Part shown: positions 49,601-60,500 of the stretch, one piece after another
Layout: each line of letters starts with the position of its first letter
How positions within the stretch are numbered: position 1 is the stretch's first letter
Assembly: GCA_030950585.1 (NCBI GenBank)
Contig: JAUZRG010000051.1
Span: 607 to 64,606, forward strand
Direction of reading: 5' to 3'
Length of the DNA: 64,000 nt
From: Mariprofundaceae bacterium
Lineage (GTDB): Bacteria; Pseudomonadota; Zetaproteobacteria; Mariprofundales; Mariprofundaceae
Made by a program: the position numbers and the translations under genes
The notes under the pieces: model-generated
Databases searched by the model: none
What the model saw: only the letters and a program-made list of their open reading frames with translations
What the model was told of the DNA's origin: nothing

Positions 49601-51094
49601 TGCTTCTATCAGGTCTGTAATCTCATCATCACCACGGTAAAAAATACGATCATGCCCAACTTCACCTTGAGAGAGTAATTTTAGCTGTGTGGTTACTTCT
49701 CTCATCGGTTGCATCAAACGACGTGCAAACCAAGTGCCCACAATCAAAGCAATAAAAATAAAAACACTGACCGTTATCATAATATATTGCTTAAAACTGA
49801 GTTCAAAGGAGCGCACAGCAGCAAAGGCTTCTTTAGCATCCACTTCACTCACCAACACCCAGTTAAGATTGGGAATATTTAAGGGGGTGTATGCAGCAAG
49901 CACAGAGACGTTGCGATAATCTTCATATTCACCAACACTAACCTCTCCTTTAAAGGCTGCCTTTGTGGCAGGTGTGTCGACCAAAAGATAGCCGATCACA
50001 TCATGATGCGACTGAATGTTTTTAAGCGTTTTTTCTGGCACACCTGCTTGAGCCAAATGGTTTAAAAACAATGTTTCATCTTCAGAATGAAAGCGTGAAG
50101 AAGAGCGCATGGTTAAATCACTGCCCACAAGGTAACTTTCACCAGTCTGACCTCCACCTGCTTTTTCCCAATTGAAGTTATTGGTCATCACCCGATTAAT
50201 TTCACTAATCGGTATCTGTACTACCAAAACACCAAGAAAAGTCCCTTCATGTTCAATAGCTGCTGATAGAAAGATGGATTGAGCTTCATAAGATGGCGTA
50301 TATCGTGCCATATCAGTCAAGCCAACCTCTTTGTTTCCATGCAGCTGCATCGCACTACGATAAGCTTGTGCCAAACCAGTATTTGCCCAAGGACCGCCTT
50401 TCAAACGTGTACCAAAATCAACCTCTTTAAACACGGAGTAAATCACACGGCCTTCTGTGGGTTCGATCAAAAACAAGTCATAATAACCCATGTATTGTTG
50501 AATTTGCCTAAGGTGAAAATGATATTTTTCATGTGCTTTTTTGTGTTCGCTATGCTGCAGAGGCTCGGTATGGATATTATCCACACCATTTAATTTATCT
50601 TTTTGCCCCAAAGGATTTTTATTGGCAATATAATCATACTGCAACACGGTGGCACTATCATCCATCGTACCTAAGATTTTTGAAATCTGATAAGGCTTAG
50701 TCGTCGGATTTTTTTTAATGTATTGCCAACTAAAATCTTGCTTATAATATTTTTCAACAGCTTGGTGCATCTCACTGAGGTTTTCTAACGACTTTAGCTC
50801 ATGCTTGGCTTTCTTCTCTGCCTCAATAAAGGTCGTCATCGCTTCAATCACCATTAAACTATTGGCTAAACTCAAGAGTTGCTTGCTAATACCATGAAAA
50901 TAATCTTCTATTTCCATTGTTTTTGCACTGCGAGTTGCCTCTAGCTGTGAAAAAGCCATTTCACGTGCCATCTTATCAGCAGAAGATGAAGCCAAAAAGT
51001 ACGTTAAAATACCTGATGATAATACGGCGAAAATGGTTAATCCAATCATCACGACACGTAGCTTGAGGCTCAAATTAAAACGCATCTGCATCAC
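46604..51094 (-). CDS. Giant hybrid sensor histidine kinase: double-Cache-like periplasmic domain - HAMP array - GAF - coiled coil - HisKA - HATPase - 3x REC
   Basis: 1496 aa. Two TM helices bracket a ~400-aa periplasmic domain of the kind usually found in MCPs (Cache-like). HAMP follows TM2 (RRLMQPMREVTTQL). GAF has GEGLTGQCALEKK. The H-box is SNMSHELRTPLNS, with N/G boxes LSNAFKFT, DSGAGI and GGTGLGLSI. The three receivers have IIEDDE..LLDLQLPILDG, LIAEDD..VLDLSLPDMSG and LLVDDD..LMDVMMPEMDG. Confidence 0.88.
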   Translation of the reverse strand: MMQMRFNLSLKLRVVMIGLTIFAVLSSGILTYFLASSSADKMAREMAFSQLEATRSAKTMEIEDYFHGISKQLLSLANSLMVIEAMTTFIEAEKKAKHELKSLENLSEMHQAVEKYYKQDFSWQYIKKNPTTKPYQISKILGTMDDSATVLQYDYIANKNPLGQKDKLNGVDNIHTEPLQHSEHKKAHEKYHFHLRQIQQYMGYYDLFLIEPTEGRVIYSVFKEVDFGTRLKGGPWANTGLAQAYRSAMQLHGNKEVGLTDMARYTPSYEAQSIFLSAAIEHEGTFLGVLVVQIPISEINRVMTNNFNWEKAGGGQTGESYLVGSDLTMRSSSRFHSEDETLFLNHLAQAGVPEKTLKNIQSHHDVIGYLLVDTPATKAAFKGEVSVGEYEDYRNVSVLAAYTPLNIPNLNWVLVSEVDAKEAFAAVRSFELSFKQYIMITVSVFIFIALIVGTWFARRLMQPMREVTTQLKLLSQGEVGHDRIFYRGDDEITDLIEAGRKLDRSMQHTIDQSIRIAQGDFSHGLDVCGESDALGQSLLQMNQTLQSLSAMAAEVARGNYNVEIHVQHDKDELRRSLLHMTQSLRESTANAEEQDWLKSCLAEISLNLQGQKEIKPIATMIMQVLPPMLGVSYASFYLWEEELNWLAFQSHYACSGHDLAQTIKLGEGLTGQCALEKKMIMTEELPSGYLYIQSSLGKVAPQLLIEVPLLADTALIGVIELASVHGLSPIQEKMLKQLSPILGMALQSVQQAWSTEKLLEESRALTEELHAQEEELRLNNDELLAKNKMVEEQRKGLAESTQSLSIKAAELERASQYKSDFLSNMSHELRTPLNSLLILSDMLAKNKGNNLSEKQVKFAQTIYGSGIDLLALINDILDLAKVEAGKMVLDPHRFPLRDLTDAMQRDFSHVAEGNHVMFVVELADTAPEMIFSDSMRVKQVLKNLLSNAFKFTSTGEVSLKVEVCDAEQICFTVTDSGAGIAQKKLNDIFEAFQQEDGSTSRKYGGTGLGLSICRELSSLLGGGISVQSEQGVGSSFSLVIPISCGIDEPEEKKIPHTRKKSIITKIQPIQEIEVLDHDVSTQDAIPNPMADDRDSITSSDRTIQIIEDDETFSEILQTLVREHGFKAINAMRGDHALSLAHQYVPDAILLDLQLPILDGMSVLDRLKQHPKLKHIPVHIISCMDEESEQRVLNAGALSFVHKPADKSRLDHTINEISAFLEKDICRLLIAEDDPVQQDAMSQLLASNNVELLTASTGQEALDILRQVHVDCMVLDLSLPDMSGEQVLEVIAQEEGHINQGHVLPIIVHTGKDLNVDEVERLQGMSKSIIVKGSYSPDRLLAETSLFLHQLEEDMSKDRQSLINHVREQEVTLAGNVVLLVDDDIRNIYSLSSYLEGHELIIHTARNGLEALSVLERHADKISLVLMDVMMPEMDGHTATREIRKIKAHQNLPVIALTAKAMKGDREQCIAAGASDYITKPIDTDKLISLMRVWLHD

Positions 51095-51212
51095 AACTCC
51101 TTAAAAAGGATTAAAGTCTGTTAAACATAAAGTTCGGATGCAAGCGTAGTCATCTAAAAGGTATCCTAATGACACAGTGGCAAGCACAAATATTTCCTTA
51201 TATTGCAAAGGC

Positions 51213-53426
51213 TTACTTTCGAACCGTTCTCCAAACACCATGCCATTCTAAAGAGGAGCGCGTGGATAAGTCATCGCAACGCTTTGCCATATGAATAGCC
51301 ACAATATCTTCAAACTGCTCACCGCCACTGCGAAAGATCACCGCAGCTTCTTTAAAATAACCCAAACGATACAACCTTAAAGCCGAAGCATAAGAGACAA
51401 GCATCGGCTCCCAGTAATCATAAGAATGTTTATCTCCAAGCAGTTCATAGACCTTAATTGACTCTGTCTTGCCCACCAGAATGACCGTATCAACTTCTCT
51501 GCAAGTAAATTCATGACCCACTTCTTGCCATGTCGATTCGCCAATCATGCGTTGGCTACCATATTGTTTATTCAAAGATTCAAGCCGAGATGCTGTATTG
51601 CCTGCATCCCCCATAAAGGTGTAATGCAATCGATGTGCAGAGCCAATATTACCCACAACCATCCGTCCTGAGTTAATGCCAACCCGAATACTAAGCGGAC
51701 AATTAATATCGCTAAAGACATTGCGAGCTTTGTATAAAGCCTGCTGAATATCTAAGGCGGCCTTGCAGGCTCTCTCTGCATGATCGTCGTCATGAATAGG
51801 CGCGCCAAATAAAACAATGAGCCCATCGCCAGTCAAACGATCAATGGTGCCTTTATGCTTAAAGATCACAGGTGTTGCTTCTTGAAAAAATAAATTAATA
51901 TAACGCACAGTATCCTGAGGAGATAACATTTCTGAAATGGCTGTAAAACCGGCAACATCCACAAACATCACAGACATATTTCTTTCATCACCACCCAATT
52001 CAGTGAGCTGATGATGATCCATCACATCGGTCACTACAGCGGGATCAATAAAGGATTCAAAAGTATGGCGTAAACGAAGACGTTGTTTTAATTCTGCACC
52101 ATAATTCATGATTGTAAGCACGACAAAGCAACTGATCAACGTAAAAACAGGCAAAACGATATAAATGACCATGCCGTATTGAAAAGAAACATAAGCCATC
52201 AGTAAAATAAGACTAAACATCAGGGTAGATAACATGCCAAAATAACGCCTAACTAAAACATGACCAAAAAAAGCATATAAAACAGCAATCAATGTGATCA
52301 ATAAAAACTCAAGCAAACGCTGAGGAGTAGCATGCTTGAGCACTTGATCATTTAAGATATTCGCAATGATATTCGCTTGTATTTCAACAGTTGAGACTTG
52401 TTTATGATAGGGAGTTTGATAACGAGGCTCCAAGCCCTTCGCCGTCAAACCAAGTAAAACCAATTTACCTTCAAAATCTTGACGGCTTGTCTTACCAGAT
52501 AAAACATCCCTCGCTGAAATGACTTGAAAGGTTTCAGGCTCTGAATAAAATAAAATACGAAACAAGCCTTCTGAGCTTGTCGTCACAATATTTTCTGCAA
52601 TATGTATATCAATATGACCCGTTCGCACCTCGGCTTTTAACACAGCATACCCTTGCCAATGCTGCAAAGCCGCCAGAGCCAAGGGTGATAATAAATAACC
52701 TTGATAATTAAGCATTAAGGGTATTTCTCGCACCTTTGTCAAAGCATCGGGCATTAAACGAATGAACCCGCTATATGCACCATTGACGGTCTCTGAATAT
52801 TCATTTTTTTTGATGCTATGAACCTTGCCAACATTCATCAAAGACCAATCAGCGGCATCAATGCCTTGATAAGCATTGGCAAGAATGAGATCTAACTGAT
52901 CATTGCGATAAAAATCATTGAAAAAGAAAGCATCATTTGCATCCACTTGATAGCCCATGACCGTGGGTGTACTCGCTAAGACTTGTAATAAATAACGATC
53001 TTCTTTTGCGTATTTTTCTAAACTCTGCAAGATAATAGGAACATTTAAGTTCTTTTGTTTAAACCAAGAGATAGCATTTTTCAACACATTCTCTTCAGAA
53101 CTTGAAAATAAAAATGACGTGGCAATCGTGCGTGCTTTTTGCCTCGATATAGTATCTAAAAGACGAGCAACTTTATGACTAGGCCACGGCCAAGACCCCT
53201 CTTCTTGCAAAGAGTCATAATCAATCGCAACAATCACGATAGGATTGTTTTTTGGTTTTTGAATGGTGCTTAGTTGAAAGTAGTAGTCAATAATACTTGT
53301 TTCAGCACGTTGAATAAGTTTTGGTTGCACCCAAAAAAAAACGAGAAAAATGCCGTAAACAAGACCAACACCTATAAAATTTCGATCATGAAATAAAGAA
53401 TACATACACCCCTCAAGAATGAGCAT
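51213..53426 (-). CDS. CHASE2-domain membrane adenylate/guanylate cyclase (class III) with C-terminal helical (TPR-like) extension
   Basis: 737 aa. The CHASE2 signature is IVIVAIDYDSLQEEGSWPWP. TM helices follow, then a cyclase core (VMFVDVAGFT...GDGLIVLFGAP...RVGINSGRMVVGNIG). The start could be the Met at 53405. Confidence 0.85.
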   Translation of the reverse strand: MLILEGCMYSLFHDRNFIGVGLVYGIFLVFFWVQPKLIQRAETSIIDYYFQLSTIQKPKNNPIVIVAIDYDSLQEEGSWPWPSHKVARLLDTISRQKARTIATSFLFSSSEENVLKNAISWFKQKNLNVPIILQSLEKYAKEDRYLLQVLASTPTVMGYQVDANDAFFFNDFYRNDQLDLILANAYQGIDAADWSLMNVGKVHSIKKNEYSETVNGAYSGFIRLMPDALTKVREIPLMLNYQGYLLSPLALAALQHWQGYAVLKAEVRTGHIDIHIAENIVTTSSEGLFRILFYSEPETFQVISARDVLSGKTSRQDFEGKLVLLGLTAKGLEPRYQTPYHKQVSTVEIQANIIANILNDQVLKHATPQRLLEFLLITLIAVLYAFFGHVLVRRYFGMLSTLMFSLILLMAYVSFQYGMVIYIVLPVFTLISCFVVLTIMNYGAELKQRLRLRHTFESFIDPAVVTDVMDHHQLTELGGDERNMSVMFVDVAGFTAISEMLSPQDTVRYINLFFQEATPVIFKHKGTIDRLTGDGLIVLFGAPIHDDDHAERACKAALDIQQALYKARNVFSDINCPLSIRVGINSGRMVVGNIGSAHRLHYTFMGDAGNTASRLESLNKQYGSQRMIGESTWQEVGHEFTCREVDTVILVGKTESIKVYELLGDKHSYDYWEPMLVSYASALRLYRLGYFKEAAVIFRSGGEQFEDIVAIHMAKRCDDLSTRSSLEWHGVWRTVRK

Positions 53427-53465
53427 AGGCTAACCTTACACCACTCATCGCATACTTAAACGATG

Positions 53466-53502
53466 ATAGAAGCAAAGGGGGGGAGAACCCCTTTGCTTCT
53501 AT
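53466..53502 (-). terminator. Perfect 15-bp hairpin immediately downstream of rpoC (candidate terminator, weak U-tract)
   Basis: ATAGAAGCAAAGGGG-GGGAGAA-CCCCTTTGCTTCTAT lies 11 nt after the rpoC stop. On the minus strand it is followed only by a short GTTT. Confidence 0.55.
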
Positions 53503-53512
53503 AGTGACAATA

Positions 53513-56500
53513 TTACAGTGTTTTTTCGTTATGTGCCCGTTGTGCATAACCTGTTCCAGCTGGTAACAACCTTCCTAGGATCACATTTTCTTTTAAGCCT
53601 TTGAGCCAATCAATTTTTCCTGCAAGAGAAGCTTCTGTCAAAACACGTGTGGTTTCTTGGAAAGAAGCAGCAGAAATAAAGGAATCGGTACTCAAGGATG
53701 ACTTCGTGATACCAAGCAAAATAGGACGGAAGGCAACAGGTGCCTTTTCTTGCTCTGCTAAAGTACGGTTAAGCATAATCACATCTTTACGCTCAACTTG
53801 TTCACCAGCAATATAAGTCGATGCACCCGGATCAAGAATAATGACCTTACGCATCATTTGACGAACAATCACTTCGATATGTTTGTCGTTAATCTTAACA
53901 CCTTGCAAACGATACACTTCTTGAACTTCATCAATTAAGTATTTTGCCAACGCTTCAATACCAAGTACGGCCAAAATATCTTGTGGTGCAGGAGAACCTT
54001 CCATCAAACGGTCACCACGACGGACTTTATCACCTTCTTGCACAATAATTTGACTGCTCTTAGGAATTTGATACTCAAGTTGATCGCTACCATCATCAGG
54101 ATTAACGTGAACCCGACGCTTACCACGAATATCCTTACCAAAAGTGATATAGCCATCTTTTGCTGAGATAAAACTTAGGTTTTTAGGTTTGCGTGCTTCA
54201 AATAATTCAACAACACGAGGCAAGCCACCTGTAATATCTTTTGTTTTAGATGTTTCACGTGGAATACGAGCTAAAATATCACCCGCTTTCACATGTTCAC
54301 CATTTTCAATGTTTAAGATAGCACCTGGTGATAAGAAGTAACGTGCTGGCGCATTGGTACGAGCCAAAATAAGTGGGTCGCCTTCAGGATTAGATGGATC
54401 AACAATCTGAACCTGTGGTTGCAAGCTCTTCTTCGCATCACTGTTTTGAATCACAATATGACTACTTAGACCAGTCACTTCATCTACTTTTTCAAGAAGT
54501 GTCGCGCCTTCAACAAGATCTAAATAACGCACTTGTCCACTCACTTCAGCAATAAATGGCATCGTATAAGGATCCCAATCTGCCAAAGTTTGGCCCGCTT
54601 TAATTTGATCGCCACTTTCAACTCTCAAGCGTGCACCATAAGGAATACGGTTACGTTCACGTTCTTTATGTTGACTGTCTTGAACGATGATTTCTGTATG
54701 ACGGTTAATTACAACCCGAATACCATCCAAATCATTCACCGTAATTTCATGCTCAATGGTCACAGAACCACTAAACTTACTATCTAAGCTTGCTTGTTCT
54801 GCTGAGCGCGATGCGGTTCCGCCGACATGGAATGTTCTCATGGTAAGCTGTGTACCCGGCTCACCAATTGATTGTGCAGCAATAACGCCAACAGCTTCAC
54901 CAATACTTACTGGCGATGCATGGGCAAGATCACGGCCATAACAAGCGGCACAAGTACCTTCTCTGGCTTCACAAGTTAACACAGAACGAATCTTAACGGT
55001 TTCAACATCATTTTCTTCTAGTATCTTAACTAACTCTTCGTTTAGCATCGCACCAGAAGGAATGATTTCATCACCACTAATCGGATGGAATGCAGCTTCA
55101 GTCAACACACGACCAAGCACACGCTCGGCTAAGGGTTCAACAACTTCACCACCCTCAGTCAACGCACTAATCGTGATACCATCTTCAGTGCCACAATCTA
55201 ATTCACGAACGATGCAATCTTGTGCTACATCCACAAGACGACGGGTCAAATAACCTGAGTTTGCTGTTTTCAGTGCCGTATCTGCCAAGCCTTTACGCGC
55301 ACCATGTGTGGAGATAAAGTATTGTAAAACGGTTAAGCCTTCACGGAAGTTTGCAGTAATAGGCGTTTCAATAATGGAACCATCTGGCTTAGCCATCAAA
55401 CCACGCATACCCGCTAACTGACGAATTTGCTGCGCAGAACCACGAGCGCCCGAATCAGCCATCATATACACAGGGTTAAAGCTTTTACTTTTCTCGATTT
55501 CACCTGTTTCAGACTCAAGCGTATCGTAGGATAAGTTATCCATCATCGATTTTGCCACTTTTTCTGTGGTGTGTGTCCATAGATCGATCACTTTATTATA
55601 ACGTTCGCCACTCGTAATCAAACCATCAGCGTATTGTTTTTTAACACCCTTAACTTCATCTTCAGTTTGACTCACAAGGAACTGTTTATCGTCTGGAATG
55701 ACAACATCATCAAGGCAAAAAGATGCACCTGAAAGCGTTGCATAAGTATAGCCCATCAATTTAAGACGATCAGCAAGTAGAACAGTGGCCTTATTGCCTG
55801 CTTTCATATAACAATCTTCAATTAAATCTGCGACTGTTTTCTTGGTTAACTCACAGTTAATACGGTCAAAAATTAATTCTTCTGGTAAGACACTGGAAAG
55901 AATCGCACGGCCGACTGTAGTTTTTTCACGTTTACCATTAATACGGCAAGTAATACGTGCATGTAAGTTTAATTTTTTAGCATCGAAAGCACGTAACACT
56001 TCATCAGAAGAGGTGAACACCATGCCTTCCCCTTGCTGAAAAGGACGCTCACGGGTCATATAATAAAGACCCAAAACAATATCCTGTGTCGGAACAATCA
56101 CAGGCTTACCTGTAGAAGGTGACAACACATTATTAGAGGCCAACATTAAGGCACGCACTTCGGTTTGAGCTTCAACACTCAAAGGAACATGCACAGCCAT
56201 TTGATCACCATCAAAATCAGCATTGAATGCTGTACAGATCAATGGATGCAATTGAATCGCTTTACCTTCAACCAAGATAGGTTCAAAACCTTGAATACCA
56301 AGGCGATGCAAGGTTGGCGCACGGTTCAACATAATGGGATGTTGATTAATCACTTCCGCAAGAATATCCCATACTTCGGTTATTTCTTGCTCAACTAATT
56401 TTTTAGCAGCCTTAATGGTCGATGCCAAACCACGTGCTTCAAGTCTATTATAAATAAAGGGTTTGAATAATTCCAAAGCCATTTTTTTAGGTAAACCACA

Positions 56501-57595
56501 TTGATGTAGTTTTAATTCAGGACCAACCACAATCACAGAACGACCTGAGTAATCCACACGTTTACCCAACAAGTTTTGACGGAAACGACCTTGCTTGCCT
56601 TTAATGATGTCTGAAAGTGACTTCAATGGGCGACGGTTATTACCTGTAATCGGTTTGCTGCGACGGTCATTATCAAACAACGCATCCACAGCTTCTTGCA
56701 ACATACGTTTTTCATTGCGTGTGATGATTTCAGGTGCATTCAATTCAATCAAACGCTTCAAACGGTTGTTTCTGTTGATCACACGACGATAAAGGTCATT
56801 GAGATCACTGGTTGCAAAACGACCACCATCAAGAGGCACAAGCGGACGCAACTCTGGAGGTAATACAGGCACAACATTAAGCACCATCCATTCAGGACGG
56901 TTACCTGAACCAATCATGGATTCAACAGTTTTTAAACGCTTGGTTAACTTAGAAAGACGAGTCTCTGCTTTTGTCGCTGAAATTTGCGCACGCAAGTTTT
57001 GACTAATTTCAACCAAATCAATGTCTTTAAGCATCTCTTGTAATGCTTCAGCACCCATGCCCACACGAAACTCTTCGCCGTACTCATCAAAGGCTTCCAT
57101 GTATTCATCTTCAGTCATAATTTGGTATTCATCCAAACTACTTAGACCGGGATCAAGCACAACATAGGATTCAAAATATAAAACACGTTCAAGTTCTTTT
57201 AATGTTTTATCCAACAACAAACCAATACGTGAAGGTAAGCTTTTTAAGAACCAGATATGAGCAACAGGTGCGGCAAGATCAATATGCCCCATGCGCTCAC
57301 GACGAACATTTGAGAGAATAACTTCAACACTACACTTTTCACACACAACACCACGGTGCTTTAAGCGTTTGTATTTACCACACAAGCACTCGTAATCTTT
57401 AATAGGGCCAAATATTTTTGCACAAAACAAACCATCACGTTCTGGTTTAAATGTTCTGTAGTTAATGGTTTCAGGCTTCTTAACCTCGCCATAAGACCAC
57501 GAGCGAATTTTTTCAGGACTGGCTAGCCCAATGCGTAAACCATCAAAGTGCTCAACATTCTTAGGCTTGCGAAATAGATTCAAAATATCTTGCAT
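53513..57595 (-). CDS. rpoC: DNA-directed RNA polymerase subunit beta'
   Basis: The start is set at [33 protein letters not shown] (ATG 57595), 4 nt after the rpoB stop and with AAGGAAGAGG upstream. NADFDGD and other universal motifs are present. The ORF-track 5' extension overlaps rpoB. Confidence 0.97.
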   Translation of the reverse strand: MQDILNLFRKPKNVEHFDGLRIGLASPEKIRSWSYGEVKKPETINYRTFKPERDGLFCAKIFGPIKDYECLCGKYKRLKHRGVVCEKCSVEVILSNVRRERMGHIDLAAPVAHIWFLKSLPSRIGLLLDKTLKELERVLYFESYVVLDPGLSSLDEYQIMTEDEYMEAFDEYGEEFRVGMGAEALQEMLKDIDLVEISQNLRAQISATKAETRLSKLTKRLKTVESMIGSGNRPEWMVLNVVPVLPPELRPLVPLDGGRFATSDLNDLYRRVINRNNRLKRLIELNAPEIITRNEKRMLQEAVDALFDNDRRSKPITGNNRRPLKSLSDIIKGKQGRFRQNLLGKRVDYSGRSVIVVGPELKLHQCGLPKKMALELFKPFIYNRLEARGLASTIKAAKKLVEQEITEVWDILAEVINQHPIMLNRAPTLHRLGIQGFEPILVEGKAIQLHPLICTAFNADFDGDQMAVHVPLSVEAQTEVRALMLASNNVLSPSTGKPVIVPTQDIVLGLYYMTRERPFQQGEGMVFTSSDEVLRAFDAKKLNLHARITCRINGKREKTTVGRAILSSVLPEELIFDRINCELTKKTVADLIEDCYMKAGNKATVLLADRLKLMGYTYATLSGASFCLDDVVIPDDKQFLVSQTEDEVKGVKKQYADGLITSGERYNKVIDLWTHTTEKVAKSMMDNLSYDTLESETGEIEKSKSFNPVYMMADSGARGSAQQIRQLAGMRGLMAKPDGSIIETPITANFREGLTVLQYFISTHGARKGLADTALKTANSGYLTRRLVDVAQDCIVRELDCGTEDGITISALTEGGEVVEPLAERVLGRVLTEAAFHPISGDEIIPSGAMLNEELVKILEENDVETVKIRSVLTCEAREGTCAACYGRDLAHASPVSIGEAVGVIAAQSIGEPGTQLTMRTFHVGGTASRSAEQASLDSKFSGSVTIEHEITVNDLDGIRVVINRHTEIIVQDSQHKERERNRIPYGARLRVESGDQIKAGQTLADWDPYTMPFIAEVSGQVRYLDLVEGATLLEKVDEVTGLSSHIVIQNSDAKKSLQPQVQIVDPSNPEGDPLILARTNAPARYFLSPGAILNIENGEHVKAGDILARIPRETSKTKDITGGLPRVVELFEARKPKNLSFISAKDGYITFGKDIRGKRRVHVNPDDGSDQLEYQIPKSSQIIVQEGDKVRRGDRLMEGSPAPQDILAVLGIEALAKYLIDEVQEVYRLQGVKINDKHIEVIVRQMMRKVIILDPGASTYIAGEQVERKDVIMLNRTLAEQEKAPVAFRPILLGITKSSLSTDSFISAASFQETTRVLTEASLAGKIDWLKGLKENVILGRLLPAGTGYAQRAHNEKTL

Positions 57596-57599
57596 TTGA

Positions 57600-60500
57600 T
57601 TAGTCCTCTTCCTTAGCTGCTCTATGGGGTTCAATTTCAATGGCAAGTGCGTTAATTTCCTTAGTCATCACATTGAATGATTCTGGAATACCAGCTTGGA
57701 AAGTCATATCGCCACTAACAATGGATTCATACACACGGGTACGACCTACCACGTCATCTGATTTCACAGTCAACATTTCTTGTAGGGTATAAGCAGCACC
57801 ATAAGCTTCAAGTGCCCACACTTCCATTTCACCAAAACGCTGCCCACCAAATTGTGCTTTACCACCTAATGGTTGTTGGGTTACCAGTGAGTAAGGTCCT
57901 GTAGAACGTGCATGAATTTTTTCATCAACCAAATGATGAAGTTTCAAGATATACATATAACCAATGGTTACTGGCGTATCAAAAGCTTCACCTGTTTTAC
58001 CATCAAACAAGGTTACTTGCCCTGATTCAGGTAAACCAGCCATGGTCAACATCTCACGAAGTTGCACTTCTTTCACGCCATTAAAGGCTGCTGAACCGAT
58101 CGGAACACCACCAACAAGGTTACCCGCAAGCTCACGGATTTCTTTGTCTGTTTTGCCCTTAACACCAGCAACACTGCTATCATCACCTTTGTAGATTTCT
58201 AAAAGAAATTTACGAATTTTTGCGGCAGTGGCTTTTTGCGTGATCATGGCCTCAATGCGATGACCCAAACCTTTAGCTGCAAAACCAGAGTGAATTTCAA
58301 AAATTTGTCCAATGTTCATCCGCGAAGGAACACCCAACGGATTCAAGATAATATCAACAGGTGTGCCAGCTTCGGTGAAAGGCATATCTTCTTCTGGTAC
58401 AATAACAGAGATAACACCTTTGTTACCATGACGACCAGCCATTTTATCGCCTGGTTGAAGCTTACGCTTCACAGCAACAAAGACTTTCACAATTTTAATG
58501 ACACCCGGAGAAAGTTCAGAACCTTCACGAACTTTTGCTACTTTCTCTTCAAAGCGAGCTTCAAGATCACCACGTTCTTTTTCCATACTTTCTAAAATAT
58601 CATCAATGCGAGCATGAACGTCAGCGTCTTCGACTTCGATACGACGCAATTCTTTCATACGCAGACCTGAGATATAATCTTCAGTAATCAAATCGCCTGG
58701 GCGTAAACTGGCAGCTTGGGCAACGGTATGACCAATAAACATTTTTCTTAAACGTTCTTGGGTATTACCTTCAAGAATACGACGTTCTTCTTCTTTATCG
58801 CGATAAAGCTGTTCAATAGCACTTTCTTCAATTTGCTGTGCACGCGTGTCTTTCTTATCGCCACGGCGTGTAAAGACTTGAACATCAATAACCACACCTT
58901 CATTACTTGGTTTAACACGTAATGATGAGTCACGAACATCCGTTGCTTTTTCACCGAAGATCGCTCTTAAAAGTTTTTCTTCAGGTGATAGTTGGCTTTC
59001 ACCTTTAGGGGTGATCTTACCGACTAGAATATCGCCAGCCTTAACTTCAGAACCAATTTCCACGATACCACACAAATCAAGGTGACTTAATGCTTCTTCG
59101 CTGACATTGGGAATATCTCGGGTAATTTCTTCGTCACCTAGTTTAGTTTGACGCGCCACGGCTTCAAACTCTTCAATGTGAACAGAAGTATAAACATCAT
59201 CACGCACAACTTTTTCAGAGATAATAATCGCATCTTCAAAGTTGTAACCACGCCAAGGCATCAATGCCACCAAGGCATTACGGCCAAGCGCAAGTTCACC
59301 CATATCTGTTGAAGGACCATCTGCAATAATGGTTCCACGTTCAACATATTCACCCACTTTCACAAGTGGACGCTGGTTAAAGCATGTATTTTGATTCGAG
59401 CGCAAATATTTATACAAACGATAAATATCAACACCTGTTGTACCTTGAACTTGCTCGTCTTCATCCACACGGATAACGATACGACTACTATCAACACGCT
59501 CAATAATACCCGCACGTTTTGCAGCAATAACCACGCCCGAGTCATGAGCAACAGCAGCTTCCATGCCTGTACCCACAAGTGGTTTTTCAGAGCGCAACAA
59601 TGGCACAGCTTGACGCATCATGTTTGATCCCATCAAGGCCCTGTTTGCATCATCGTGCTCAAGAAAAGGAATCAAACCAGAAGAAACAGAAATCACCTGT
59701 GAAGGCGATACATCCATATAATCTATTTCTTTAGGACCAACCAATAAGAATTCACCGTTTTGACGACATTGGTTGGTATCAGAAATAATCTTACCATCTT
59801 TTGCTACGCCCACATTTGCTTGCGCAATGATATGTTCAGCTTCTTGAATCGCAGATAGATACTGAACTTCTGAGGTCACAACACCACCGACCACTTTACG
59901 GTAAGGGGTTTCAATAAAGCCAAAGTCATTCACTTTTGCATAACAAGCCAAAGAGTTAATCAAACCAATATTTGGACCTTCCGGTGTTTCAATCGGACAC
60001 ATACGACCATAATGGGTAGGATGAACATCGCGCACTTCAAAGCCAGCACGTTCACGAGAGAGACCACCAGGGCCTAAGGCAGAAAGACGACGTTTATGCG
60101 TCACTTCTGAAAGTGGGTTGGTTTGATCCATAAATTGTGATAATTGAGAAGAACCAAAGAACTCTTTAATCGAAGCGATCAAAGGCTTGGCATTCACAAT
60201 ATCAGAAGGCATCATTTCTGAAATATCACCATTACTTAAACGTTCACGAACAGCTCTTTCCATACGGATTAAACCAATGCGAACTTGGTTTTCAAGCAAT
60301 TCACCAACAGAACGAACACGACGGTTACCTAAATGATCAATATCATCAACTTCGCCAATCACATCACGTAAATTAAGTAATTTTTCTAAACTGATTAAAA
60401 TATCTTCGTTGCGAAGTGTATCGTGCGTCAAAGGAACAGCATCGTTAGAGATACCCAAACGACTATTCAACTTCATACGGCCAACACGAGACAAGTTATA

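Noticed and set aside
57596-57646. An N-terminal 17-codon extension of rpoC overlapping the rpoB 3' end
   Set aside because: The conserved RpoC N-terminus begins at MQDILNLF (ATG 57595) with a Shine-Dalgarno just upstream. The extension is a read-through artefact of ORF calling.
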